A stretch of DNA of 64,000 nucleotides, taken from Bacilli bacterium (GTDB lineage Bacteria; Bacillota_I; Bacilli_A; RFN20; CAG-826). A program made the translations under genes and the position numbers. The notes beneath the pieces are model-generated. The model saw only the letters and a program-made list of their open reading frames with translations. It ran no database searches and was not told the origin of the DNA. Positions 47,231 to 57,256 of this stretch are shown piece after piece; position 1 is the first letter of the stretch, and every line of letters begins with the position of its first letter. Location of the stretch: positions 38,191-102,190 of the forward strand of contig JAZRZI010000021.1 in the NCBI GenBank assembly GCA_045601325.1. Direction: 5' to 3'.

Positions 47231-49558
47231 TTATTTAATTAATGCAACTTTTATTGCATCGTCTACACTGGACATATATTTAATATCCAATGCTTCTTTA
47301 ACTTCTTTAGGAAGCTCACTTACATCCTTCTTGTTGTCTTTTGGAACAATAATAGTAGTAATTCCACTTCTCAAAGCAGCAAGGGATTTTTCTCTTAAAC
47401 CACCAATAGGCAAGGCGTTGCCTCTTAAAGTAACTTCGCCTGTCATAGCAACATTAGGGTCAACAGGTGTTTTGCTCAAGCAAGAAATAATAGCAGTTGC
47501 AATTGCAACACCAGCACTAGGACCATCTTTTGGTATAGCACCTTCAGGAACATGGATATGGACATCTACGTTTTGGAAGATATCTGGATCAATTCCATAA
47601 CGCTCTGCGTTTGCTTTAACATAGTCTAACGCAATTGAAGCGCTTTCTTTCATAACGTTACCTAGATTGCCAGTTAAAACTAATCCGCCTTTTCCTTTGA
47701 AGTTATTAACTTCAATTGGAAGAATGTCACCACCATATTGTGTGTATGCTAGGCCAGTCACAACACCTATTTGTTTGTTGTTTTCTTTCTTAGAATCTTC
47801 AAATATAGGAGTGCCTAAGTATTTTTTAACTTGTTTAACATCAATTTCAATTGTGTCAATCTTAGGGTTTTTAACAATAGCTACTGCAACTTTTCTTAAA
47901 CAGTTTGCAATTTTTCTTTCTAGGTCACGAACTCCAGCTTCTCTAGTATAACTACGAATAATAAATTTAATCGCATCATCCGTAAAAGAAGCTTGTTCAG
48001 ATTTGAGACCATTTAGAGAAATTTGTTTTTTAATCAAATGCTCTTTTGTAATATGCACTTTTTCAAGTTCGGTGTATGAAGATAATTCGATTAATTCCAA
48101 ACGATCTCTTAATGGAGCTGGGATATTTTCTAGATTATTTGCTGTGCAAATAAACAAAACATCACTTAAATCATATGGCTCTTCTAAATAATTATCATTA
48201 AATTGGTTATTTTGTTCTGGATCTAATACTTCAAGCATTGCACTTGCAGGATCTCCCTTATAAGAACTTGCCAATTTATCTATTTCATCGAGTAAGAATA
48301 CAGGGTTGATTACGCAAGCTTTTCTCATACCTTGGACAATACGTCCAGGCAACGAACCAACATATGTGCGTCTATGTCCGCGTATTTCAGCTTCATCAGA
48401 AATACCACCCAAAGATGCTTTGAAGAATTTTCTTCCTAAAGCTCTAGCAATAGATTTTCCTAAAGAAGTTTTACCAGTTCCTGGTGGACCATAGAAACAT
48501 AAAATAGGTGATTTGAGATTACCGGTTAATTTTTTAACCGCTAAATACTCCACTATTCTTTTCTTTGGTTCCTCTAGGCCATAGTGATCTTCATCTAGTA
48601 TCTTTTCGACATTTTTAAGATCATCATTGTCTTCAGTTTTTTGCCACCATGGAACATTCATAACAACGTCGAGATAGCTTTGAATCAAGGCCCCTTCTAA
48701 TGAACCATTAGGCATCATATCGAACTTTTTAAGTTCGGATTTAACTTTTGCCTTAATGTAATCTGGATAAGGGTTAGATTCCAATCTATCAAGAATCGCA
48801 TCCGGATCATTCAAAGAATCTGTATCTTCTCCAAGTTCTTTTTTAATCGCTTTCAATTTTTCTCTAAGGTAATATTCCTTTTGAGATTTTTCAGCTGACT
48901 CACGAACTGAATTGGATATTTCAATATCAATTTGATTCTTTTGATTTTCACCATTTAGCAACACGATGATGAGTTGCATCAATGTCTCTTGATTTTCAGC
49001 TTCTAATAATTCTTGCTTTTTAGCATGAGGCGCTCCGACAAATCCTGCTAGAGAGTAGCAAAGCTCGGCTGCGTTTGTTGCCTTATTTACTGTATTAGAA
49101 ACGCTTTTTGGCATTTGACTAATAAGGTTAGGCATTGATTCGACAGCTTTAACAACTGCATTGCAAATAGCTTTATTCTTCTCTTCGCTAATTTCTGGCA
49201 TATCTAAGATATCACCTTGTGCAGCGAAATAGCTTCCGGTTGTATCAAATGCAATGTTGGCTAATGAAACACGTTCAATAACTTCAACACGTACTTTAAC
49301 ACGACCGTCTTTTTCTGAAGCCATAATTATATGGCATAAAGTGCCAGTTGTACAAAGATCATCCAAATTCGGATTATCGATGTCAGCTTCCTTTTGGCTA
49401 GTTACAAAAATCAAAGAATCAGCTTCTTGGCGTGCTGCCACTACAGCATTGACAGAAAAATCTCTGCCAGCTTCAATGACTTGTTGATTGCCAGGGAATA
49501 TAACAAGGCTTCTAGTAATGAGAAGAGGAAGAGTCAAAGTTTGAACTTTTTTAGACAT
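47231..49558 (-). CDS. lon: ATP-dependent Lon protease
   Basis: 775 aa; LON N-domain, AAA+ (GPPGTGKTS) and Ser-Lys protease domain (DGPSAG…K). Confidence 0.9.
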   Translation of the reverse strand: MSKKVQTLTLPLLITRSLVIFPGNQQVIEAGRDFSVNAVVAARQEADSLIFVTSQKEADIDNPNLDDLCTTGTLCHIIMASEKDGRVKVRVEVIERVSLANIAFDTTGSYFAAQGDILDMPEISEEKNKAICNAVVKAVESMPNLISQMPKSVSNTVNKATNAAELCYSLAGFVGAPHAKKQELLEAENQETLMQLIIVLLNGENQKNQIDIEISNSVRESAEKSQKEYYLREKLKAIKKELGEDTDSLNDPDAILDRLESNPYPDYIKAKVKSELKKFDMMPNGSLEGALIQSYLDVVMNVPWWQKTEDNDDLKNVEKILDEDHYGLEEPKKRIVEYLAVKKLTGNLKSPILCFYGPPGTGKTSLGKSIARALGRKFFKASLGGISDEAEIRGHRRTYVGSLPGRIVQGMRKACVINPVFLLDEIDKLASSYKGDPASAMLEVLDPEQNNQFNDNYLEEPYDLSDVLFICTANNLENIPAPLRDRLELIELSSYTELEKVHITKEHLIKKQISLNGLKSEQASFTDDAIKFIIRSYTREAGVRDLERKIANCLRKVAVAIVKNPKIDTIEIDVKQVKKYLGTPIFEDSKKENNKQIGVVTGLAYTQYGGDILPIEVNNFKGKGGLVLTGNLGNVMKESASIALDYVKANAERYGIDPDIFQNVDVHIHVPEGAIPKDGPSAGVAIATAIISCLSKTPVDPNVAMTGEVTLRGNALPIGGLREKSLAALRSGITTIIVPKDNKKDVSELPKEVKEALDIKYMSSVDDAIKVALIK

Positions 49559-49585
49559 ATAATTCCTCCTTAATTAATAAATTAA

Positions 49586-50875
49586 TTATTTGTTATTGTT
49601 GAATAAGAAATCTTCAATTCTTTGCATTTTGATTTGGTTTTTAAATTCACCTAATGAATTTGCTAAAGCTTTCTTAACATCATCGATTGTCATCTTATAT
49701 TGATCTGCGATCTTAGACATTTCGAATTCTAAGTCTGCCTCAGTAACTTCGAGGTTTTCAAGTTTACCAACTTCTTCCATGATGACATAACCAGTGACAT
49801 CTTTAAGAGCTTCTTTCTTTAAGTTTGCTAAGAAGTCTTCTTCTTTTTGTCCAATATATGTCAAATATTGTTCAAGTGTTAAACCGGATTGAGACATTCT
49901 TTGTTCTAAGTCTTGTTTACGGCTTTCAACTTGTGAATCTAAAATCTCATCAGGAATATCGACAGTAGAATCTTTAGCAATTGTATCGATAACTTTATTA
50001 ATGTATTCTCTATGAGCTTGAGCAGTCTTATTATTTAAGATTTCAGCTTTCTTAAATTCATTTAATTGTTCAACCGTTTCTACGTTTGCGATGTGCTGTT
50101 CTTTAACAAATTCATCATTTAATTCAGGTAATTTCTTTTCTTTCACTTCGTGAATGTCGCATGCGAATTCAGCATCTTTACCTGCTAATTCAGGAACATA
50201 TTGTGTTGGGAATGTGACTTTAACAACAACGTGTTCGCCAGCTCTATGTCCAACTAATTGTTCTTCGAAACCAGGAATGAATTGACCGGATCCTAATTCT
50301 AATTCGTGATTTTCTGCGGAACCACCATCGAATTTTTCGCCATTGATTGTGCCAACGAAATCCATAACAACGATATCACCATTAGCAGCTTCGCCTTCCT
50401 TAATAACTAAATTAGCGTTGTTCTTTAATAAGGCATCAATAGATTTTTTAACTTCTTCTTCACTGACAGATGGTTCTGTCTTGCCGATTGCTAAATCTTT
50501 GTACGCGCCTAATTTAACTTCAGGTGCAGTAACAATAACAAACTTAACTTCAAGTTCAGTATCACTTAATTTTGTTACATCAACCTTTGGTTGTGCGTAT
50601 GGGTGAATACCATCTTTTTCAATAATATCTTGATAAATTGTAGGAAGTAAACCATTAATAGCTTCATCCATGACCTTTACTTGGTCAACTCTAGCTTTTA
50701 CTAAGTTAGCAGGTGCTTTACCTTTACGGAAACCGTCAACAGTGACATTGGCAGCTAATTTCTTAAAAGCTTTGTCTTGAGCAGCTTTCCAACTTGTTTC
50801 GTCAACAGTAACTAATACTTCAACGTGGGAGTGCTCTAATTTTGTTACTTTTCTTTCCATGTGTATATCCTCCAA
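49586..50875 (-). CDS. tig: Trigger factor
   Basis: 429 aa; ribosome-binding N-domain, FKBP-like PPIase middle domain (GFRKGKAP signature) and C-terminal domain. Confidence 0.85.
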   Translation of the reverse strand: MEDIHMERKVTKLEHSHVEVLVTVDETSWKAAQDKAFKKLAANVTVDGFRKGKAPANLVKARVDQVKVMDEAINGLLPTIYQDIIEKDGIHPYAQPKVDVTKLSDTELEVKFVIVTAPEVKLGAYKDLAIGKTEPSVSEEEVKKSIDALLKNNANLVIKEGEAANGDIVVMDFVGTINGEKFDGGSAENHELELGSGQFIPGFEEQLVGHRAGEHVVVKVTFPTQYVPELAGKDAEFACDIHEVKEKKLPELNDEFVKEQHIANVETVEQLNEFKKAEILNNKTAQAHREYINKVIDTIAKDSTVDIPDEILDSQVESRKQDLEQRMSQSGLTLEQYLTYIGQKEEDFLANLKKEALKDVTGYVIMEEVGKLENLEVTEADLEFEMSKIADQYKMTIDDVKKALANSLGEFKNQIKMQRIEDFLFNNNK

Positions 50876-50959
50876 ACATGTGCTTTTTGATTATAAAGAA
50901 AATATTCTTTAATAACAAGAAGAACGAGAAATAATATTAAATATGTTTATTTATAAGAT

Positions 50960-51868
50960 TTAAAAATCTTCTAAAGATTGTCTAATTTGACTAATATAAT
51001 TTTGAACTTTATCTAAAGATAAGTTATTGTCGAAGCAACGCTCTTCAAGTGTTTGACCATCTTTTTGATGAATATACTCCATAGATAATTGGTAAAGAGC
51101 TTCAACTAGTTCTGGATCATCGTACTGAATGTAAGATGGGTAAACATAAAGTAGGTGTGTAGATAAAATCTGAACAGCATTTTCGCTTAAGACAGGATTT
51201 TTGAATGATGAATCTAAATTTTTAACTAAATTATTGAATTCGTCACCAATAAAAGGAGGTATTAATTCTTTAGGATTAACGTTAACAATTTCGTTGATGT
51301 GTGTAAATTTAAAAACCTTATCCACTTGTTTTTGGACGAGTAAAAGCAACGCAAAGGATCTAATTGATTGCTTTGGAAAATTCACTAATATATCGGATAT
51401 AATCGTTATAAAACGATTAATATCTTTATCTCTGATTGAGTCAAGACCGATAAGAACCTCGTTAGAATCTTTAGAAGTGAGAAGTTTACCAATTTCTGCA
51501 TCTCCCATTTCTTTGCATGCATAACTTCTCTTCTCTTCTGCCCTAATGAAGTTTGGCATTTCCCTTAATATTTCTTCTACCTGTTGAGAAGAATACGGTA
51601 AATTTTCATAATAATGAAGTTTTTGATACGCTTCATCAAATTTATCAAGTAAACAAAGAATTTCAATATGTATTTTAATAAGGATGGAAAGATTGATTTC
51701 AAGTATGCTTTGATTTTTGTTGATTACATTCAATGACTCTTCAGCTTTTCCAAGAGCAAGAAAAGCACTAACGCGATAAAACAAATCGTTAGCGTCAGTA
51801 GAATTCTCGGTAATTTTAATTACCAAAGAATATTGTTTTTTATCCATTAAACTTTTCAAACTGTCCAT
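50960..51868 (-). CDS. Hypothetical cytoplasmic protein (302 aa)
   Basis: Long ORF, predicted helical; no motif I recognise. Confidence 0.45.
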   Translation of the reverse strand: MDSLKSLMDKKQYSLVIKITENSTDANDLFYRVSAFLALGKAEESLNVINKNQSILEINLSILIKIHIEILCLLDKFDEAYQKLHYYENLPYSSQQVEEILREMPNFIRAEEKRSYACKEMGDAEIGKLLTSKDSNEVLIGLDSIRDKDINRFITIISDILVNFPKQSIRSFALLLLVQKQVDKVFKFTHINEIVNVNPKELIPPFIGDEFNNLVKNLDSSFKNPVLSENAVQILSTHLLYVYPSYIQYDDPELVEALYQLSMEYIHQKDGQTLEERCFDNNLSLDKVQNYISQIRQSLEDF

Positions 51869-51923
51869 ATAAAAAGTATTAATTTAGTAGATATTTAGTA
51901 GATATTACTTTGTAAACCTAATA

Positions 51924-52298
51924 TTAGCCTATATAAGAAACATTAGGTATATACAAGAATATAAACAAAGAAACAACTGTGACAATAATTACTGCGCTAA
52001 TAACAATGCAAGCAATTAAAAGTTCCTTTTTATCTGTCTTTTTTAAACCAACACTAGCTGTGATCAATGATGGAATAGCAAGTGCCAAGTTAACAATTGT
52101 AAAGAGAATTGGTAAGCCACCAAAACAAATAAATACGATGACTTTTGCAAACACTTCTGCAGCATCTTCACTAGCATTTAAATCTTTCAAAAGATTGATT
52201 CCTAAAACATAAACAAGTACGGTCAATACCGTTATGCCTAAGTTAACAAAAGTTAGAACTGCTGAGGAAACTTTATTTCCTTTTCCATTTTTCGCCAT
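51924..52298 (-). CDS. Hypothetical small integral membrane protein (124 aa, 3-4 TM)
   Basis: Hydrophobic segments; AAGG-like RBS. Confidence 0.4.
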   Translation of the reverse strand: MAKNGKGNKVSSAVLTFVNLGITVLTVLVYVLGINLLKDLNASEDAAEVFAKVIVFICFGGLPILFTIVNLALAIPSLITASVGLKKTDKKELLIACIVISAVIIVTVVSLFIFLYIPNVSYIG

Positions 52299-52479
52299 AA
52301 TGTTAAAATTCCTTTCAATAAATATTTGAAATATTATTTTTATTATACTACTTCACTGTTCGCAAAACAATTGCACTAAATTAGTCATTAAACAAATATT
52401 TTTTACTCTAAAATTATAAAAAATAATTTATGTAATTTTTTTCTTATACAACTCTATGTTTTTTTGCTACACTTATTGA

Positions 52480-52499
52480 GTTGTTATATTGCTAACAAC
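52480..52499. promoter_or_regulatory. Perfect 7-bp inverted repeat GTTGTTA-N6-TAACAAC; candidate operator in a divergent promoter region
   Basis: Read directly from the sequence. It lies about 57 nt upstream of the kinase-like gene start at 52557, inside a 258-bp divergent intergenic region. Confidence 0.35.
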
Positions 52500-52556
52500 A
52501 TTTATTGCAAAGCAGTCAAAAAATCGAATAATTGCTGAATTGGAGGTAATTAGATT

Positions 52557-53030
52557 ATGAAGACTCTATTTGTGTTAAGCGCTAGACCAGCTTGTGGCAA
52601 ATCAACATGGGCTAAGCGTTATCAATCCGTTCACGATAATACATATATTATCTCAAGTGATGCTATTAGATTTGAAATCACAGGTAAAACAGACGATTTC
52701 AGCAAGCAAAAGGAAGTATGGGAATTATTCTCCAAAAGAATTCACGAATATGCTCAAAAAAGCAAAAACGTTAAAGTAATCCTTGATGCACTATGTGATT
52801 TAAATTCACTTAGAGAAAAATATGTAAAAGAAAACCCAGAATTTGATGAATACATCTTGGTTTTGTTCCCAAGAACAGAAGATCAAATCCGTTACTATAA
52901 TAAAAAACGTCCAGAAGATTCGATAGTTCCTGACGAGGCCTTAAATAACTTGATAGATAAATGGGAAGAACCAAACGAAAAAGTCAAAAAATTATTTAAT
53001 AAAATAATTACTGTTGAATTAGACAAATAA
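52557..53030 (+). CDS. Stand-alone P-loop kinase resembling the 5'-kinase domain of polynucleotide kinase (T4 Pnk/PNKP-like)
   Basis: 157 aa; Walker A RPACGKSTWAKRY (compare GCPGSGKSTWAREF in T4 Pnk); ILDALCDLN resembles the Pnk Walker-B/lid region. No fused phosphatase domain. Confidence 0.5.
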   Translation: MKTLFVLSARPACGKSTWAKRYQSVHDNTYIISSDAIRFEITGKTDDFSKQKEVWELFSKRIHEYAQKSKNVKVILDALCDLNSLREKYVKENPEFDEYILVLFPRTEDQIRYYNKKRPEDSIVPDEALNNLIDKWEEPNEKVKKLFNKIITVELDK

Positions 53031-53066
53031 AAATAGCTGCTTAATTTGAATAAGCAGCTATTTTTT
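53029..53066. terminator. Bidirectional intrinsic terminator (AGCTGCTTA-N7-TAAGCAGCT) flanked by A- and T-runs
   Basis: Perfect 9-bp stem; AAAAT upstream and ATTTTTT downstream. Sits between the convergent kinase-like gene and the CofE-like gene. Confidence 0.6.
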
Positions 53067-54258
53067 AATCATTTGTGTAATTATCAAAATAACCTTGAAC
53101 AAGTACTACCGGAGTTCCTTTATCGCCGGAGCCACTAGTTAAGTCACAAAGTGAACCAATCAAATCAGTAATTTGTCGAGGTGTTGTTCCTTGAGAAGCC
53201 ATGTTACCAACAAGGTTACCACCTTTCTCTTTAATAGAACGTTTGATGGCTTCCTTTAATTCTTCGCCTTTTAGATCTTTATATTGGTTATCAGCGAGGT
53301 ATTTTAATTTTAGTTCGTTAGGTGTGCCCTTTAAACCTTCTGTGTGAAATGGAGAAACAACTGGATCAGCTAGTTCCCAAATTTTTCCCTGTGGATCTTT
53401 GAAGGCACCATCGCCATAGACCATAACTTCAAATTTGCATCCGGTCTTTTCTAAAACAATTGCTTGTATCTCTTCTACTAATGATTGTGCGTCCCTAGGG
53501 AACAACTTAACTTTATCTTCGGTAGCTTTATTAGAGCCTAATAATCCATAATTTTGGTTATATCCACTGCCATTAACACTTTGTGTTAATATATCATCCA
53601 ATCCCAATACGATTTCAGCACCGTTTTCTTTCAATAAACGTTTGCTTCTTGTACGTGTATGAATGTCACATGTAAGAACTTTTTTAGTATAGTTGAGAAT
53701 AGATTTTGCTTGGTTGCCAAACACTATTTCACATTCAGCGCCTTGTTCTTCAATTAATTGTTTGTAATAAGTGATGTAATCAACACCTGTGAATTCATGA
53801 AGAGTAATACCAAATAATTCTCTCCATTTTTCTAAAGAAAGAACATCGCTATATGGGTTAACACCTTTTTCATCAAGTTGATCATATGTTAATAAAGCAT
53901 TTCCCACTTCATCAGATGGGTAAGAAAGCATTAAAACAATTTTCTTAACACCTCTAGCAATTCCTTTCAACAAAATAGAAAATCTATTTCTAGAGAGAAT
54001 TGGGAAAATAACACCGATTGTGTCATATCCGAGTTTATTTTTGACATCAGTAGCAATATCATCAATTGTGCAATAGTTGCCTTGTGCACGAGCCACTACT
54101 GATTCAGTAATAGCAATAACATCACGATTGTGTAATTCGAAGCCATCACTTTCAGCAGCTTCAATAACGCAATCGCTAACAATTTTAGCTAAGTTATCTC
54201 CTTCTTTAATAATTGGGAGTCTAATTCCTCTTGATACAGTTCCAACGCAACGTGACAT
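53065..54258 (-). CDS. CofE/FbiB-like gamma-glutamyl ligase family protein (397 aa, with an insertion)
   Basis: N-terminus LPIIKEGDNLAKIV…VIAITESVVARAQGN and C-terminus GDKGTPVVLVQG match the CofE fold motifs (LIKEGDDLAELI…, TSKAVSKAEGR, GDEGTPVVIVRG). Confidence 0.5.
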   Translation of the reverse strand: MSRCVGTVSRGIRLPIIKEGDNLAKIVSDCVIEAAESDGFELHNRDVIAITESVVARAQGNYCTIDDIATDVKNKLGYDTIGVIFPILSRNRFSILLKGIARGVKKIVLMLSYPSDEVGNALLTYDQLDEKGVNPYSDVLSLEKWRELFGITLHEFTGVDYITYYKQLIEEQGAECEIVFGNQAKSILNYTKKVLTCDIHTRTRSKRLLKENGAEIVLGLDDILTQSVNGSGYNQNYGLLGSNKATEDKVKLFPRDAQSLVEEIQAIVLEKTGCKFEVMVYGDGAFKDPQGKIWELADPVVSPFHTEGLKGTPNELKLKYLADNQYKDLKGEELKEAIKRSIKEKGGNLVGNMASQGTTPRQITDLIGSLCDLTSGSGDKGTPVVLVQGYFDNYTND

Positions 54259-54263
54259 AATTG

Positions 54264-55679
54264 TTATTCTCCTTTAGAAACTATGTTTCTAGCAATATAA
54301 ACGCCACAGGCAGAAGCTTGAGCAACACCACGTGTGATGCCAGCACCATCTCCGCCAACATATAAGTTTTTGATGTTTTTAACTTCAAGTTTATTGTCAA
54401 TTTCAGGGTGAGCTGAATAATATTTTGCCTCAACACCATATAGCAATGTGTGTTCAGTAGCAATACCAGGAGTAACCTTATCTAATGCTTGAATCATTTC
54501 AATAATTGATTTCATTGTCTTATATGGGAGGACTAGGCATAAATCTCCAGGAACAGCTTCTTTAAGAGTAGGTCTAACAAAGCCTTCTTTTAATCTCTTC
54601 TCTGTTGTTCTACGACCCATTTTAATATCGCCGAATCTTTGAACAATAACGCCACCACACGCTAATTGATTAGCAAGCGAGGAAATCTTTTTAGCGTATT
54701 CATTAGGTTCTTTGAATGGTTCAGAGAAATGATGAGAAACTAATAAAGCAAAGTTTGTGTTGTTACTAGATAGCTTGGAATCATTATATGCATGTCCATT
54801 AACATTAATAACACCTTCGTAATTTTCAACAACAACATGACCTCCTGGATTAGAACAGAAAGTACGAACTGTACTTCCTACGGAAGTCTTGTATAAAAAT
54901 TTGCCTTCATATAAATTTGTATTAATTTCATCCATGATTAAGTTTGGACATTCGACACGTACACCGATGTCAACTTGAGTTTGCGACATGGTAACATTAC
55001 GTTTTTCTAAAATATTGCTTAACCATTCGCTACCTTTTCTACCAACACCTAAAACGGTATATGTTGATTCAATAACTGTGCCGTCTTCTAAAATAACACC
55101 TTTGCATTCATTGTTTTCAACGATGATGTCTGAAACTGATTTTCTGAAGACCATTTCAATCTTGCCTTCTAGGTCATTAAAGATTCTAGTCAAGATTTTT
55201 AAGTTTTCTTCTGTGCCGAAATGACGAACTTTACTTCTTAAAAGCCTTAAGCCAACAGACATAGCACGTAACTCAATTTCACGAACTTTAATTGTATCCG
55301 GATTTGTTAACACTTTGGTTGCACCGAAATGCAAATTGATTTCATCAACATAGTTGATTAAATCCATCAACTCTTTATCATCGATATAATCAGTTAACCA
55401 ACCACCAAATTCTGTTGTAATATTAAATTTTCCATCAGAATAAGCACCAGCACCACCAAAACCATTTGTTATGCTGCATGCTGGAAAGCATTCTTGAATG
55501 CCTTCGGCGTTACTTGGACATTTTTCTAATCTGTGTTCTAAAACAGGACATCTTCTTTTTGAGATGTCGTGCCCACGATCGATTAATATAATTTTTAAAT
55601 TTGGATTTTTTTGAATTAACTCATAGGCGCAGAAATAGCCTGTTGGGCCTGCACCGACAATTGCTACATCGTATTTCAT
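54264..55679 (-). CDS. FAD-dependent oxidoreductase (uncharacterised COG2509-like dehydrogenase)
   Basis: N-terminal Rossmann dinucleotide motif VAIVGAGPTG; 471 aa. Confidence 0.65.
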   Translation of the reverse strand: MKYDVAIVGAGPTGYFCAYELIQKNPNLKIILIDRGHDISKRRCPVLEHRLEKCPSNAEGIQECFPACSITNGFGGAGAYSDGKFNITTEFGGWLTDYIDDKELMDLINYVDEINLHFGATKVLTNPDTIKVREIELRAMSVGLRLLRSKVRHFGTEENLKILTRIFNDLEGKIEMVFRKSVSDIIVENNECKGVILEDGTVIESTYTVLGVGRKGSEWLSNILEKRNVTMSQTQVDIGVRVECPNLIMDEINTNLYEGKFLYKTSVGSTVRTFCSNPGGHVVVENYEGVINVNGHAYNDSKLSSNNTNFALLVSHHFSEPFKEPNEYAKKISSLANQLACGGVIVQRFGDIKMGRRTTEKRLKEGFVRPTLKEAVPGDLCLVLPYKTMKSIIEMIQALDKVTPGIATEHTLLYGVEAKYYSAHPEIDNKLEVKNIKNLYVGGDGAGITRGVAQASACGVYIARNIVSKGE

Positions 55680-55681
55680 AA

Positions 55682-57172
55682 TTAGCTCTCCTTGAGGAAT
55701 AAATGTTTTGCGTGGCTAATAGGTTCTTCAGTCACATCAATGCCTAACTTTTTAAAAGTATTTAAGTCGGCAGGGGATAAAATTTCAGATGAATGGGCTT
55801 GTAAGCCTTTCAATAATGGAATTTGTTTTAATGCAATTTCCGCTATTGGGTTGTTGTTTGCTTGAATCGCTAAAGCAATAAGTGTTTCTTCGGCGTGAAT
55901 TGTTGGATTTCTATTTCCTAAATCTTGAACTTTCAATTGTTGAATAGGTTCAATAACTGATGGGCTAATTAAAGGAATTGAGTCATCAATTTTTGCAAAT
56001 GTTTTCAGAGCATTAAGAAGCAAGGCAGCACTGGAAGTAAATAAATGAGAACTCTTTCCAGTAATGATCTTTCCATGTGGCATTTCCATAGCCATGCTTG
56101 GTCTTCCGCACTTGGAAGCCTTATCTAAAGCGGCTTGAACACATTTTCTATCAGCTTTAGTAACACCGGCTTGATTCATAAGCATTTCTTCTTTTTGAAC
56201 CGCTGTGTCTTTAAATAATCCTAAATAATTATTTTTAAGAGCTTGGTAGTAACGTCTAATGATTTCGTTACGACTTGCTTTATTACAAATGTTTTCATCT
56301 TTAATGGCGAAACCAGCCATATTGACACCCATATCAGTTGGTGAATTATAAGGTGATTTTCCATAAATCTTTTCAAATATTGCTCTTAGCAATGGGAATG
56401 CTTCAACATCTCTATTATAGTTGACAGATAATTTGCCATATGCCTCTAAATGATATGGATCAATCATATTAACATCGCTCAAATCAGCAGTAGCTGATTC
56501 GTATGCTAAGTTAATTGGGTGCTTAAGTGGTAAATTCCAAATTGGGAATGTTTCATACTTAGCATATCCTGCTCTAATACCGTTCTTATTATCATGATAG
56601 AGTTGAGACAAACAAGTTGCCATTTTGCCACTACCAGGACCAGGAGCAGTAATAACAACTAAAGGATGAGTGGTTTCGATATACTCGTTTTTACCAAGTC
56701 CTTCTTCGCTAACAATTGTTTCAATATTATATGGATAGCCATTAATTTCGTAATGACGATAAACTTTTATTCCGTTTTTCTCTAATTTGGCTTGGAATTT
56801 CTTAACTAAAGAAACATCTTTATAGAAGGAGAAGACAACGCTTCCAACATACAAGTCAGCCTCGCGGAAAGCATCGATTAATCTTTCAACTTCTTGTTGA
56901 TAAGAAATACCAAAATCATTTCTCATTTTTTGAGAATTGATATCATCTGAATTAACGACGATTACGATTTCAACCTTTTCTCTTAAAGTGAGAAGCATTT
57001 TTAATTTGCTGTTAGGAGCAAAACCAGGCATAACTCTTGATGCATGATAGTCATCGAATAATTTGCCACCAAATTCAATATAAAGTTTGTCACCAAAATT
57101 AGAGATACGTTTAAGAATCTCTTCTCTTTGAATCTTTAAATAAAGGTTTTTATCAAATCCGATTTTGCCCAT
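55682..57172 (-). CDS. UPF0371/DUF1846-family protein with a P-loop-like motif
   Basis: 496 aa; N-terminus MGKIGFDKNLYLKIQREEIL typical of UPF0371; internal ITAPGPGSGKMATC Walker-A-like motif. Confidence 0.5.
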   Translation of the reverse strand: MGKIGFDKNLYLKIQREEILKRISNFGDKLYIEFGGKLFDDYHASRVMPGFAPNSKLKMLLTLREKVEIVIVVNSDDINSQKMRNDFGISYQQEVERLIDAFREADLYVGSVVFSFYKDVSLVKKFQAKLEKNGIKVYRHYEINGYPYNIETIVSEEGLGKNEYIETTHPLVVITAPGPGSGKMATCLSQLYHDNKNGIRAGYAKYETFPIWNLPLKHPINLAYESATADLSDVNMIDPYHLEAYGKLSVNYNRDVEAFPLLRAIFEKIYGKSPYNSPTDMGVNMAGFAIKDENICNKASRNEIIRRYYQALKNNYLGLFKDTAVQKEEMLMNQAGVTKADRKCVQAALDKASKCGRPSMAMEMPHGKIITGKSSHLFTSSAALLLNALKTFAKIDDSIPLISPSVIEPIQQLKVQDLGNRNPTIHAEETLIALAIQANNNPIAEIALKQIPLLKGLQAHSSEILSPADLNTFKKLGIDVTEEPISHAKHLFLKES

Positions 57173-57256
57173 GACTAAAAAATATTAGCACCTTTTTAAT
57201 AGCCTTTAAATAATTTTTATATTATTTTAAGAAGCGTGTAGTATCATGTAGGATAA

